Shown here piece by piece: positions 1 through 12,572 of a stretch of DNA of 64,000 nt. The notes beneath the pieces were generated by a model that ran no database searches, was not told the origin of the DNA, and saw only the letters and a list, made by a program, of their open reading frames with translations. Position 1 is the first letter of the stretch. Each line of letters begins with the position of its first letter. The stretch covers positions 6,157 to 70,156 of the forward strand of contig USCC01000001.1 of assembly GCA_900553035.1 (NCBI GenBank), given 5' to 3'. Both the position numbers and the translations under genes were made by a program. Source of the stretch: an uncultured Rhodospirillaceae bacterium. GTDB taxonomy: Bacteria; Pseudomonadota; Alphaproteobacteria; CAAGCB01; CAG-977.

Positions 1-666
1 CTTGGACTTGTTCCCGAAGGAAAACAGGGAATCATCATCATTGGCGCGACTCCGTGGACAGCCGCGTTTGCCGAAGCCCTGAAAAAACAGGATGTTCCCG
101 TTCTGGTCATCGACAACAACTGGCATCGGCTCAGCCCGCTCCGTCAGGCGCAGGTGCCGACGCTTTACGGCGAACCGCTGTCCTCGGCGTTTGAAAACCA
201 GATGGACATGTCAAAATACACGTACCTTTTGTGCGCGACGGACAATACGGCTTATAATGCTCTGGTCTGTTCTCATTTTTCATACGAATACGGGCGCGGC
301 AACATTCTCCAGCTGGCCGGGGAAAAAGATGAAAACGAGCTTTGGGCGTATCATGAATCCGTCAAGGGGCTGACTCTGATCGGCGAATCGCAGAGCTTTT
401 CAGACCTGCAGAGCCGCCTGTACATCGGATGGAAATTTACGGCGACCCGTCTGACGGACAAGTATACGTTTCAGGATTTTGCCGCCAAGCTGAACCGGGA
501 TTTCTTTTTAATTCTGGCCGTTTCAGAATCCGGCGCCCTGCGTTTTTCGACCGTCGAACACATGCTTGTCCCGAAAACGGGCGACACCGTGATTGCCTTT
601 GCCGCGCCGGAAAAAGCGCCGGTCGAAATGCCGAAGGAAGAAGTTTTCGATACCGTTACTTCTTAA
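1..666 (+). CDS. cation:proton antiporter, C-terminal RCK/TrkA-like domain (5' end lies outside the window)
   Basis: Frame 1 is open from base 1 and runs into the listed 154..666 ORF. The translation LGLVPEGKQGIIIIGATPWTAAFAEALKKQDVPVLVIDNNWHRL... resembles the Rossmann-type C-terminal domain of NhaP/CPA1-type antiporters. Stop codon at 664-666. Confidence 0.6.
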   Translation, partial: LGLVPEGKQGIIIIGATPWTAAFAEALKKQDVPVLVIDNNWHRLSPLRQAQVPTLYGEPLSSAFENQMDMSKYTYLLCATDNTAYNALVCSHFSYEYGRGNILQLAGEKDENELWAYHESVKGLTLIGESQSFSDLQSRLYIGWKFTATRLTDKYTFQDFAAKLNRDFFLILAVSESGALRFSTVEHMLVPKTGDTVIAFAAPEKAPVEMPKEEVFDTVTS

Positions 667-1783
667 AAAATTTTTCCAGAATGCGCCGGTAAATCCGAAC
701 CTGCTGATGCACATCGTCAACGGCGACGCTTTCATCAATGCCGTGCATGCCCTTCCCCACCAGTCCGCTTTCCAGAACAGGGCAGTAATGCCGGATGAAC
801 CGGGCGTCCGAGGTTCCGCCGGAAGTGCTTTCCTCAGGGCGGTAACCGGTAATCTCCTCAATCGCGTCGGCAACCAGCTTCGGAAAAGCCTTGTCCTGTA
901 TGACAAAGGCATTGCCCGAACATTCGGTTTCAAGGTCAAATGAAACGCCGGTCTGCTCGGCAATCGGGCGAATGCGCTTCCGAATCAGGGCGTCAAGGCT
1001 GTCCGCCGTGTGGAGGTCGTTGAAGCGGGCATTGAAACGCGCGGCGGCCTGCCCCGGGATAATATTGGACACGGGATTGCCGACGTCAACCGATGTCACC
1101 GCCAGGGTTGAGGGATCAAAAGCATCGGAACCGTTGTCCAGAGGCTTCCGGATTTCCGTCAGCATATCCATCAGAACTTCGACCGCATTCACGGCTTTTT
1201 CCGGATAGGCCGAATGCCCCTGGACGCCCGAAACGTTAAGGACAGCGTTCAGGCTGCCCCGGCGTCCGATTTTAATCACCTGCCGTTCTTCGTCATTTCC
1301 CGACGGCTCTCCCACCAGGCATACATCCCATTTTTCCCCGCGTGCCGCCAGTTCCGTCAGCATGGAAGGCGTCCCGTAATCGGCTTTGCCCTCTTCGTTG
1401 CCGGTGATCAGCAGACTGACGCTCCCCTCAAACGTGAATCCTTCCAGCGCCGTGATGAATGCCGCGACGCCGCTTTTCATGTCCATGGCGCCGCGCCCGT
1501 ACAGACGGCCGCCTTCAATTTCCGCGCCAAACGGCGGATGCGTCCATTCGCCGCCGGCCGGAACGACATCCACATGTCCGGCAAAACAGAAATGCGGACG
1601 GCCGGTTCCCTTTCTGGCAAACAGGTTTTCAACACGTTCTTCGCCTTCGCCATAAATCAGGCGTTCACACGCAAAGCCCATGGGAACGAGTGTTTTTTCC
1701 AGAACGCTCAGAATACCGGCCTCTTTGGGCGTGACGCTGGGACACCGGATCATATTCCGCAACAGGGAAATGACATCTGTCAT
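656..1783 (-). CDS. dapE: succinyl-diaminopimelate desuccinylase (M20 peptidase)
   Basis: 375 aa. Contains the motifs FAGHVDVVPAG and LYGRGAMDMKSG with overall DapE-like layout. ATG at 1783 forms an ATGA overlap with the stop of the upstream HAD gene. Confidence 0.9.
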   Translation of the reverse strand: MTDVISLLRNMIRCPSVTPKEAGILSVLEKTLVPMGFACERLIYGEGEERVENLFARKGTGRPHFCFAGHVDVVPAGGEWTHPPFGAEIEGGRLYGRGAMDMKSGVAAFITALEGFTFEGSVSLLITGNEEGKADYGTPSMLTELAARGEKWDVCLVGEPSGNDEERQVIKIGRRGSLNAVLNVSGVQGHSAYPEKAVNAVEVLMDMLTEIRKPLDNGSDAFDPSTLAVTSVDVGNPVSNIIPGQAAARFNARFNDLHTADSLDALIRKRIRPIAEQTGVSFDLETECSGNAFVIQDKAFPKLVADAIEEITGYRPEESTSGGTSDARFIRHYCPVLESGLVGKGMHGIDESVAVDDVHQQVRIYRRILEKFFKK

Positions 1784-2478
1784 GCGGTTTTCTCCAACAT
1801 TAAAGAAGACAGGAAAGAAACAAGATCGTCCGTCTGGTAATCGCAGAAATCAGGCGTTTTTGAAATCATGTTATAAACATTGTCACGGCTGTTCGTGGAA
1901 ATCCATACCGTTTTCATGCCGATTTTATGAGCTGTCAGCAGGTTTGTCTGGCTGTCGTCGAACATCACGGCACTTTCGGGGGAAACGCCAAAGGTTTCCA
2001 GCATTTTCAAATAGGTTTCCTTCGCGGGCTTGGGCACATATCCGGCTTCGCGTATGCTGAAAATCCCGTCGAAGCATCCTTCCAACCCGATGCATTTCAG
2101 CACGCGTTCGGCATGATGATACGCCCCGTTCGTAAAGACAAACCGCCGCCCCGGGAGAGCTGAAACCGCCGTGCGAAGAGGCTTGTTTTCCTTCAGACAG
2201 GACAGATCCAGATCATGCACGTAATCGGTAAAATCTTCGGGGCGGACATTGTGCTCCAGCATCAGCCCACGCACCGTCGCACCATATTGCTTATAGTATT
2301 TTTTCTGAATTTCGGAAGCGTCTTCACCGTTGACATGCAGGGCATCCATGATAAACGACTGGATACGGTCAGCCATCTGGCTGAAAAGGCCTTCCGTCGA
2401 GGGGTATAAGGTATCGTCCAGGTCAAAAATCCAGTTGCGGACGGTTTTAAAGTCATTTCTTAACAGTTCATTGTTCAT
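1780..2478 (-). CDS. HAD-superfamily hydrolase, pyrimidine 5'-nucleotidase-like
   Basis: Carries the HAD motif I WIFDLDDTLY and a C-terminal VMFDDS motif. The ORF opens at a TTG (2496); the first ATG is at 2478, so the start is ambiguous by 18 nt. Confidence 0.8.
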   Translation of the reverse strand: MNNELLRNDFKTVRNWIFDLDDTLYPSTEGLFSQMADRIQSFIMDALHVNGEDASEIQKKYYKQYGATVRGLMLEHNVRPEDFTDYVHDLDLSCLKENKPLRTAVSALPGRRFVFTNGAYHHAERVLKCIGLEGCFDGIFSIREAGYVPKPAKETYLKMLETFGVSPESAVMFDDSQTNLLTAHKIGMKTVWISTNSRDNVYNMISKTPDFCDYQTDDLVSFLSSLMLEKTA

Positions 2479-2645
2479 TATTTTATGCTTACTCAAAGTC
2501 TTTTCCGGGACATATTATGATACAGGGAAGGACTTAAGAAAAGGTATATCTTTCGGGAAAAGCACTAAAAATCAGGCCTTCGGACGCTTCAGGCCGCCGC
2601 TGTGCGTCGTGCCCCGCTCTTTCGATTTTTCCGATAAAAGCACCG

Positions 2646-2674
2646 TTGCCCCGGCGAACGCGGAGGTCTATAAT
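2646..2674 (+). promoter_or_regulatory. candidate sigma70-type promoter for the TM1266-like/hydG pair
   Basis: TTGCCC (2646-2651), a 17-nt spacer, then TATAAT (2669-2674), about 65 nt upstream of the ATG at 2740. Confidence 0.45.
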
Positions 2675-2739
2675 AAAATTCGGTTTTTCTCAGCCGCAAG
2701 GAATCGCCCGAAGGTGAAGGAAACCGCGAAAGGAAAAAA

Positions 2740-2982
2740 ATGGATACACGGGTCGCCCTGATCGGAATTGTCGTCGAAGATAAAAGTTCTGTCATGCACT
2801 TGAATACTCTTCTGCATGAATACAGCTCTTATATTATCGGCCGGATGGGTGTTCCTTTCCACAAAAAGGAAATCTGCATCATCAGTGTCGCCCTTGACGC
2901 TCCACAGGAAGTCATCAGCGCCCTGTCCGGCAAACTGGGGATGCTGCCCGGCGTATCAACCAAAACAATCTATTCAAAATAA
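2740..2982 (+). CDS. TM1266-family putative iron-only hydrogenase system regulator (small ACT/NikR-C-like protein)
   Basis: 80 aa. IGIVVEDKSSV...LLHEYSSYIIGRMGVPF...ISALSGKLGMLPGVSTKT matches the TM1266-type family as I remember it. It lies directly upstream of hydG, as in Thermotoga. Confidence 0.8.
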   Translation: MDTRVALIGIVVEDKSSVMHLNTLLHEYSSYIIGRMGVPFHKKEICIISVALDAPQEVISALSGKLGMLPGVSTKTIYSK

Positions 2983-3022
2983 TGCTGACGGGAAAGGTTC
3001 GCCTGCCCCGAAAGGAGAAAAA

Positions 3023-4441
3023 ATGTACAACCCGAAATCTTTGAAAGCCGAAGAATTCATCAGTCCTGATGAAATTCTGGAAACTCTGGCCTATGCCGAA
3101 GCCCATAAACATAACGCCGCCCTGATCGATTCCATTCTGGAAAAAGCGGAACAGCGCAAAGGTCTCAGCCACCGTGATGCGTCCGTCCTTCTGGCCTGCG
3201 ACATTGAAGAAAAAAATCAGAAAATCTACAAACTGGCGGAACAGATCAAAAAAGACTTTTACGGCAACCGTATTGTCCTGTTCGCTCCGCTGTACCTGTC
3301 AAACTACTGTATCAACGGCTGTCTGTACTGTCCTTATCATCTGAAAAACAAGCACATCCGGCGCAAAAAGCTGTCTCAGGATGAAATCCGGCGCGAAGTC
3401 ATTGCGCTTCAGGACATGGGTCACAAGCGTCTGGCTCTGGAAGCCGGTGAAGACCCCGTCAACAACCCGATTGAATATATTCTGGAAAGCATCCGCACCA
3501 TTTATTCCATCAAGCATAAAAACGGCGCCATTCGCCGCGTCAACGTTAATATTGCGGCGACGACGGTAGAAAACTACCGGAAACTTAAGGACGCCGGAAT
3601 CGGTACGTACATCCTGTTTCAGGAAACGTATAACCGGGAATCGTATGAAACGCTTCATCCGACCGGCCCAAAGCACAATTACGCCTACCATACCGAAGCC
3701 ATGGACCGCGCCATGGACGGCGGAATTGATGATGTCGGCCTGGGTGTTCTGTTCGGCCTGGAGTCTTACCGCTATGAATTTGCGGGTCTTCTGATGCATG
3801 CCGAGCATCTGGAAGCCGTCCACGGCGTCGGCCCCCATACGATCAGCGTCCCGCGGGTCTGCCCGGCGGACGATATTGATCCGGCGGCGTTCAATAATAC
3901 GCTGTCCGACGACCTGTTCGCGAAAATCGTTGCCTGCATCCGTATCGCCGTTCCCTATACGGGCATGATCGTTTCGACCCGCGAAAGCCGCAAATCACGC
4001 GAACGTGTCCTGCATCTGGGCATTTCTCAAATCAGCGGCGGCTCTTCGACCAGCGTCGGCGGGGACGTCGAAAAAGAAAGCGAAGACGAAAATTCCGCCC
4101 AGTTCGACCTGTCCGACAAACGGACGCTGGACGAGATTGTGAACTGGCTGATGCAGATGGGCTATATCCCCAGCTTCTGCACGGCCTGCTACCGCGAAGG
4201 GCGAACCGGCGACCGCTTCATGGCGCTGTGCAAAAGCAAGCAGATTCAGAACTGCTGTCATCCGAATGCTCTGATGACACTGAAGGAATATCTGGAAGAC
4301 TATGCCTCCGAAGATACGAAAAAAATCGGATACGACCTGATCCGCCGGGAGCTGGCCAACATCCCGAAGGAAAAAGTCCGCGCCGTCTGTGAAGACCGGC
4401 TGGATAAAATTGCCCGCGGCGAAAGAGATTTCCGTTTTTAA
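3023..4441 (+). CDS. hydG: [FeFe]-hydrogenase H-cluster radical SAM maturase HydG
   Basis: 472 aa counted from the ATG at 3023, preceded by a GGAGAAAAA ribosome-binding site. Radical-SAM motif CINGCLYC and C-terminal CTAC-X22-C (CX2CX22C), which separates HydG from ThiH. The longer listed ORF from 2816 would overlap the TM1266-like gene and is rejected. Confidence 0.9.
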   Translation: MYNPKSLKAEEFISPDEILETLAYAEAHKHNAALIDSILEKAEQRKGLSHRDASVLLACDIEEKNQKIYKLAEQIKKDFYGNRIVLFAPLYLSNYCINGCLYCPYHLKNKHIRRKKLSQDEIRREVIALQDMGHKRLALEAGEDPVNNPIEYILESIRTIYSIKHKNGAIRRVNVNIAATTVENYRKLKDAGIGTYILFQETYNRESYETLHPTGPKHNYAYHTEAMDRAMDGGIDDVGLGVLFGLESYRYEFAGLLMHAEHLEAVHGVGPHTISVPRVCPADDIDPAAFNNTLSDDLFAKIVACIRIAVPYTGMIVSTRESRKSRERVLHLGISQISGGSSTSVGGDVEKESEDENSAQFDLSDKRTLDEIVNWLMQMGYIPSFCTACYREGRTGDRFMALCKSKQIQNCCHPNALMTLKEYLEDYASEDTKKIGYDLIRRELANIPKEKVRAVCEDRLDKIARGERDFRF

Positions 4442-4456
4442 CCATAACCTCATGCG

Positions 4457-4484
4457 AACGCCCCCTGAAAAAGGGGGCGTTTTC
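4457..4484 (+). terminator. rho-independent terminator after hydG
   Basis: A 9-bp stem AACGCCCCC / GGGGGCGTT with a 7-nt loop, followed by a T-run. Confidence 0.75.
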
Positions 4485-4519
4485 ACAAGAAGCACGGCGG
4501 CCGCTTTATAAGACCGCCC

Positions 4520-6172
4520 TCAGAATAGCAACAGAGCGATCGCCTGAACCGCCGCAATACGCAAAGCCAGCGTCAGCGGATACACCGTCGCATACCCCAG
4601 CGCCGCCGCGTCCGTTCCCGACATATTGGAAATAAATGTCAGGGATGGAAGGCTGGTAATGCATCCCGAAAGCGCACCACACAGCGTCAGATAGTTCATC
4701 TTTTTGAAAATGCGCATGTACGCACCCACCAGAAACAGCGGAACCGTCGTGATCAAAATACCCATACCGATCAGGAACACCCCCTCGCCGCTTCCGATCA
4801 GGCTGAAGAAGCCGGCGCCCGAGGAAATTCCGACAACCGCCAGAAACAGAATCAGACCCAGCTCCTTAAAGGCTTTCAGAACATTCTGCGGCGTGTAGAA
4901 AATAATATGCCCCAACGACCCGCGGTACGACAGCAGAAGCGCCGTCACCAGAGGCCCGCCCGCGGCTCCGAGCTTCAGAGGAACGCCGACTCCGGGAATG
5001 TAAAACGGGATGAGTCCGATCAGGATCCCCAGCATCAGGCCGATAAAAAACGGCACGAAACGGGTCGTGTTCATCGCTTCCGCACTGTTCCCCAGATACC
5101 GGACCAGAGGAAGAACGTTGACGGCCTTGCCGACGACAACCACGGCATCACCGTAAGCCAGCCTCAGATCCGGCTGAGGCGACAGGGAAATACCGTTGCG
5201 GATCACGCGGGAAATCACCCAGTGGTGCCGGGAATGCCCCATGATTTTCTGCAACGGTTTGCCGACCCGGGACGGACGAGTCACCAGAATGGTCTGTGAT
5301 TGGATTTTCGAAGCGCTTTCCACCATCAGATCACGCTGGGGATCCACCTGGAACAGCAGGGAAATCGTTGAAAAATAGGTTTTCGGACCGAACAGAAGCA
5401 AAATATCGCCGACCTGGATTTTCGTATGTTCATGCGGAACAATATATTCATCACCGCGCTTCATCCGGGAAACGGCCATGGCGTAATGAACCATCTTCAG
5501 AAAATGGCCGATTTCAATCCCGTTGAAATTCGGATTGTTGACGACAACGTTGAACGCCTCCATCTGCGGGTTGTCCTGGGCTTTCTGATACTCATAGGCC
5601 GCGACTTCATCCGCGATATTGACACGGAACGCCGCACGCAGAAGGATGAAAACGATAATGCTGCTGAGAATCGTAAAAGGGTACGCAATGGCATAGGCCA
5701 GCCCGGATTTGGCAATTTCATCCCCATGAACGCCCAGTTCGCCTAAAATTTGCTGCGCGGCGCCCAAAGCCGGCGTACTGGTGACCGCACCCGAATAAAG
5801 CCCCAGCGTTTCCGGAAGGGAAACGCCGCCCCACCTGTAAATCAGCATGGCAATGACGGAGCCGACAAAAACGACGCATAACGCCGTCATGTTCAGTATC
5901 AGACCGTTTTTGCGCAGGGACGCAAAAATACTCGGCCCGACCGACAGCCCCATGGAATAAATGAACAACACCAGTCCGAATTCACGGATGAAGGCCAGGA
6001 CTTCGGGGTTCAGAACCGTTTCGCGGACATTCAGAAAATGCCCGACCACCAGCCCGGCAAACAGAACGCCGCCGGCCCCCAGACTGATTCCCCGAACCTT
6101 CAGACCGCCCAGAAAAATTCCGGCGAATGAGGTGACACTCAGACAAAGAATCGTCAAAACCGCTAAAGACAT
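4520..6172 (-). CDS. YidE/YbjL (AspT/AAE) family transporter with two internal TrkA-C domains
   Basis: 550 aa. Two hydrophobic halves flank two RCK_C-like soluble segments (MKRGDEYIVPHEHTKIQVGDILLLFG and VIRNGISLSPQPDLRLAYGDAVVVVG). Confidence 0.8.
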   Translation of the reverse strand: MSLAVLTILCLSVTSFAGIFLGGLKVRGISLGAGGVLFAGLVVGHFLNVRETVLNPEVLAFIREFGLVLFIYSMGLSVGPSIFASLRKNGLILNMTALCVVFVGSVIAMLIYRWGGVSLPETLGLYSGAVTSTPALGAAQQILGELGVHGDEIAKSGLAYAIAYPFTILSSIIVFILLRAAFRVNIADEVAAYEYQKAQDNPQMEAFNVVVNNPNFNGIEIGHFLKMVHYAMAVSRMKRGDEYIVPHEHTKIQVGDILLLFGPKTYFSTISLLFQVDPQRDLMVESASKIQSQTILVTRPSRVGKPLQKIMGHSRHHWVISRVIRNGISLSPQPDLRLAYGDAVVVVGKAVNVLPLVRYLGNSAEAMNTTRFVPFFIGLMLGILIGLIPFYIPGVGVPLKLGAAGGPLVTALLLSYRGSLGHIIFYTPQNVLKAFKELGLILFLAVVGISSGAGFFSLIGSGEGVFLIGMGILITTVPLFLVGAYMRIFKKMNYLTLCGALSGCITSLPSLTFISNMSGTDAAALGYATVYPLTLALRIAAVQAIALLLF

Positions 6173-6340
6173 ATCCGCACTTCCGACAAAAATAATAAAT
6201 GCCTTATTCTAACGTCCCAAATATAAATTATTTATTTAGAATGTCACTCTGAATCGAAAAAAATGTTTTATTTCCGCTGATTACCCCGAAACGCGCCTGA
6301 CCGCCGGATACAGCGGAACGGAGGCCGGTCAAATAAAAAA

Positions 6341-6958
6341 TCACGCACTCAAAGTCGAAAACAGCGTTTCAAAGTCACCCGAACAAAGAATGCCGTGCAG
6401 ACGTTCAATTTCTTCTTCCGGCCGGTCATAAATTTTCAGCTTCAGAATCCCGGAAATGACATCTTCCGGAAAGCGGTACCGGATAACCCGAGCCGGATTC
6501 CCGCCGACCACGGCATACGCCGGAACATCCTTTACAACAACGCTTCCGGCCGCGACAACCGCTCCTTCCGCAATCCGGACTCCGGGCAGAATCACGCTTC
6601 TCATCCCCAGCCAGACGGCATCCTCGAGAACGGTATCCCCTTTGCTCTGATAGGCTTCGACGATTTTGTCCTCAAACGGATAATTGGAAATCCAATCATT
6701 CCTGTGTGTGCTGTTCCCGCCCATCAGGATGACGGTCTCTGCCCCGATGCATACATAGTTGCCGATGTACAGCCGGTCAATCTCCCACTGAGGCTCCCAG
6801 GCCTCCAGACTGTAGGAATCTCCGTACAGGTAACGCACGACATACTCTTCAAAATCCGGAGTCCAGGCATTGCTGTAATAGCTTTTCGTCCCTTTGATGA
6901 TGATGTTCGGATTTTTCACACTCTGGTGCAGGTACTGAACCTTTGACCAATGCTTCAT
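6341..6958 (-). CDS. xenobiotic acyltransferase (XAT) family hexapeptide-repeat acetyltransferase, Vat/CatB-like
   Basis: 205 aa from the ATG at 6958. [31 protein letters not shown]...[57 protein letters not shown] is co-linear with streptogramin A / chloramphenicol acetyltransferases. The listed ORF extension to 7093 runs through the tRNA and is rejected. Confidence 0.8.
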   Translation of the reverse strand: MKHWSKVQYLHQSVKNPNIIIKGTKSYYSNAWTPDFEEYVVRYLYGDSYSLEAWEPQWEIDRLYIGNYVCIGAETVILMGGNSTHRNDWISNYPFEDKIVEAYQSKGDTVLEDAVWLGMRSVILPGVRIAEGAVVAAGSVVVKDVPAYAVVGGNPARVIRYRFPEDVISGILKLKIYDRPEEEIERLHGILCSGDFETLFSTLSA

Positions 6959-7014
6959 CCTTTTCCCTCCGTCCCTTTTCAAAAAAGCCCCGGCCGCCGT
7001 CCCGCCGAAGGCCG

Positions 7015-7053
7015 CAAAAAAGCCCTGAACTTTAAGGAGTTCAGGGCTTTTTG
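7015..7053 (-). terminator. rho-independent terminator immediately after tRNA-Thr
   Basis: A 10-bp stem AGCCCTGAAC / GTTCAGGGCT (7022-7049), flanked by an A-run and a T-run (bidirectional shape), beginning 5 nt after the tRNA CCA end. Confidence 0.7.
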
Positions 7054-7054
7054 A

Positions 7055-7130
7055 TGGTGCCGTTGGAGAGACTTGAACTCCCGACCCGCGCATTACGAAT
7101 GCGCTGCTCTACCAACTGAGCTACAACGGC
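7055..7130 (-). tRNA. tRNA-Thr (anticodon CGT), CCA encoded
   Basis: Reverse complement GCCGTTGTAGCTCAGTTGGTAGAGCAGCGCATTCGTAATGCGCGGGTCGGGAGTTCAAGTCTCTCCAACGGCACCA folds by hand into a cloverleaf. It has a 7-bp acceptor stem, a GCTC/GAGC D-stem, a GCGCA/TGCGC anticodon stem with loop TTCGTAA, and a T-loop TTCAAGT. Confidence 0.93.
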
Positions 7131-7183
7131 ACGACAGCACCCTTTTATCTCGTTTCAAAAGGAACTGCAAGCGTTTTTTTTCA

Positions 7184-10878
<3,695 letters not shown>

Positions 10879-10903
10879 CAATTCATTTGCCGTAATAATT
10901 TTC

Positions 10904-12028
10904 TTACACCCGCATCGGCATCAAAACGAACAGGACGCTGGGATCGGACAGATCCGTCAAAACAGTCGGAGACGCCGAATCCAGGAAAGCGACGCGCACC
11001 AGGCCGCCCTTGATCTGGCCCAGAACATCCAGCAGATAACGGTAGTTAAAGCCGACGTCCACCCCTTCCGCGTCGTATTTGGCTTCCAGTTCGTCCTGCG
11101 CGCTTCCCTCTTCGGCGTTCGCGGCGGAAACCGTGACCAGCCCTTTGGAAACGGACAGACGGACAGCGCGCGATTTTTCGGACACGACAGCCACACGGTC
11201 GACCGCGGCCATCAAAGCCGGCGCTTCGACTTCCAGAATCTTGTCGTTTTCCAGAGGAATTACGCGTTCATAATCCGGGTATGTTCCTTCAATCAGCAAG
11301 GACGTCAGAATCAGATTGCCGAATGTGAACTGGATTTTATACGTGGACAAAGCCACCTTGACTTCGCCGGATTCTTCGGCCAGAAGCTTGCTCAGCTCGC
11401 CGATCGCCTTGCGCGGGATGATAATACCCGGCATTCCGGCGGCGCCTTCGGGGAAAACGGCTTCGGCACAGGCCAGACGATGGCCGTCTGTCGCGACGGC
11501 GCGCAGGATTTTCTCCTCCTTGGACGTCGCTTCGTGCAGATAAATACCGTTCAGATAGTAGCGGGTCTCTTCCGTTGACACGGCAAAAGCCGTCCGTTCA
11601 ATCAGATCCTGCAGATCCTGAGCCGGAAGGACAAACGTGTGCGTCATTTCACCCTCGGCAATCGTCGGAAAATCCTCGCCCGGCATCGTCGCCAGAGCGA
11701 ACTTCGCACGTCCCGCGGCAATGTTCAGCTGCCCCTTTTCAGTATTCAGCGAAAATTCGATTTCCGCTCCGTCCGGAAGCTTCCGGATGATTTCGTACAG
11801 CTTGTGTGCCGGCGCGGTAATGGATCCCGCGGCATCGACCTTTGCAGACGCGTTTTCACTGATTTCCAGTTCGTTGTCCGTCGCGTTCAGGACAATCCGA
11901 CCTTCTTCCCCGGCCTCGGCCGTGATTTTCACATTCGAGAGCAACGGGTTCGTATGGCGGCGTTCGACCACGTTCTGGACATGGGACAATGACTTCAATA
12001 AAGCGGCGCGTTCAATTGTAAACTTCAT
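10904..12028 (-). CDS. dnaN: DNA polymerase III beta subunit (sliding clamp)
   Basis: 374 aa from the ATG at 12028 (MKFTIERAALLKSLSHVQNVVERR...), preceded by GAAGG. The listed ORF extension to 12277 has no clamp-like sequence. Confidence 0.93.
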   Translation of the reverse strand: MKFTIERAALLKSLSHVQNVVERRHTNPLLSNVKITAEAGEEGRIVLNATDNELEISENASAKVDAAGSITAPAHKLYEIIRKLPDGAEIEFSLNTEKGQLNIAAGRAKFALATMPGEDFPTIAEGEMTHTFVLPAQDLQDLIERTAFAVSTEETRYYLNGIYLHEATSKEEKILRAVATDGHRLACAEAVFPEGAAGMPGIIIPRKAIGELSKLLAEESGEVKVALSTYKIQFTFGNLILTSLLIEGTYPDYERVIPLENDKILEVEAPALMAAVDRVAVVSEKSRAVRLSVSKGLVTVSAANAEEGSAQDELEAKYDAEGVDVGFNYRYLLDVLGQIKGGLVRVAFLDSASPTVLTDLSDPSVLFVLMPMRV

Positions 12029-12094
12029 GGGACCTTCTGCTTGGCAAAATGGTTGAAAAATAACTTTGAAACAGTCGTCAACTGTAAGGCCGTT

Positions 12095-12122
12095 AGTATA
12101 CCACAAACCCCCATTTTCCCAA
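12095..12122 (-). promoter_or_regulatory. candidate dnaN promoter
   Basis: On the minus strand: TTGGGA (12122-12117), a 16-nt spacer, then TATACT (12100-12095), about 65 nt upstream of the dnaN ATG. Confidence 0.35.
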
Positions 12123-12572
12123 GCAAAAAATGATGCTTTTCCCCGAGTCGCCATTCTTTTTGCATGACGGTTTCCAACACAGGCGGCCTTTGGAAAAACT
12201 GCGTAGAAAGAAGCGCCCGAATCCGAGCCTCCGCCGCCCTTCGGAAGCGCCGGGATTTTGCGTGAAACGAAAGGCAAACGACGTTGCTCAAAAAAAGAGG
12301 AAGAAAGCCGCCGGACTCAGAAAGCATCAAAATCTTTCCGGAAGTTACGGCATAGAACCGTCTCAGGCGAGCGGGTCTTTTCCTTCGCAGAACCACGGAA
12401 CGGCAGGATTGTGCACATTCTTCCGGGAAAAAGAGGTCAAACCCGGCCGCCTTTATGCCCGGAACACCAGAAGAAAGAATAAGCCCCCCTTGCGGGGAAA
12501 GGCCTTTCAGTCCGGGAATTTATCTGCCTTTCAGACTCATCCGCGTCTTTCGGCGTCAGAACTTCAGAGGGA

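Noticed and set aside
6173-6340. Genomic-island boundary (att direct repeat of the tRNA-Thr 3' end) downstream of the acetyltransferase gene. Also the inverted repeat ATTCTAA ... TTAGAAT, which resembles Irr ICE half-sites.
   Set aside because: No repeat of the tRNA 3' segment (GAGAGACTTGAAC or its complement) is present. The TTCTAA/TTAGAA halves are in the wrong order and 24 nt apart instead of the TTTAGAA-N3-TTCTAAA arrangement.
6959-7093. The N-terminal extension of the listed 6341..7093 ORF (250 aa).
   Set aside because: The extension reads straight through the tRNA-Thr gene and its terminator hairpin. The acetyltransferase homology begins at the internal ATG at 6958.
12029-12277. Upstream extensions of listed ORFs for dnaN (to 12277), the CysZ-like gene (to 49802), hydG (from 2816), rpsO (to 24543), the adenosine kinase (from 49428) and murJ (from 61514).
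   Set aside because: In each case the family-typical N-terminus starts at an internal ATG, preceded by a ribosome-binding site where I checked. The extensions are featureless or overlap neighbouring genes.
12029-12572. oriC in the dnaA-dnaN spacer, as found in many non-alphaproteobacterial genomes.
   Set aside because: There is no DnaA-box cluster (no 9-mer within one mismatch of TTATCCACA) and no marked AT-rich unwinding element. The region is not notably AT-rich compared with 34801-35074.
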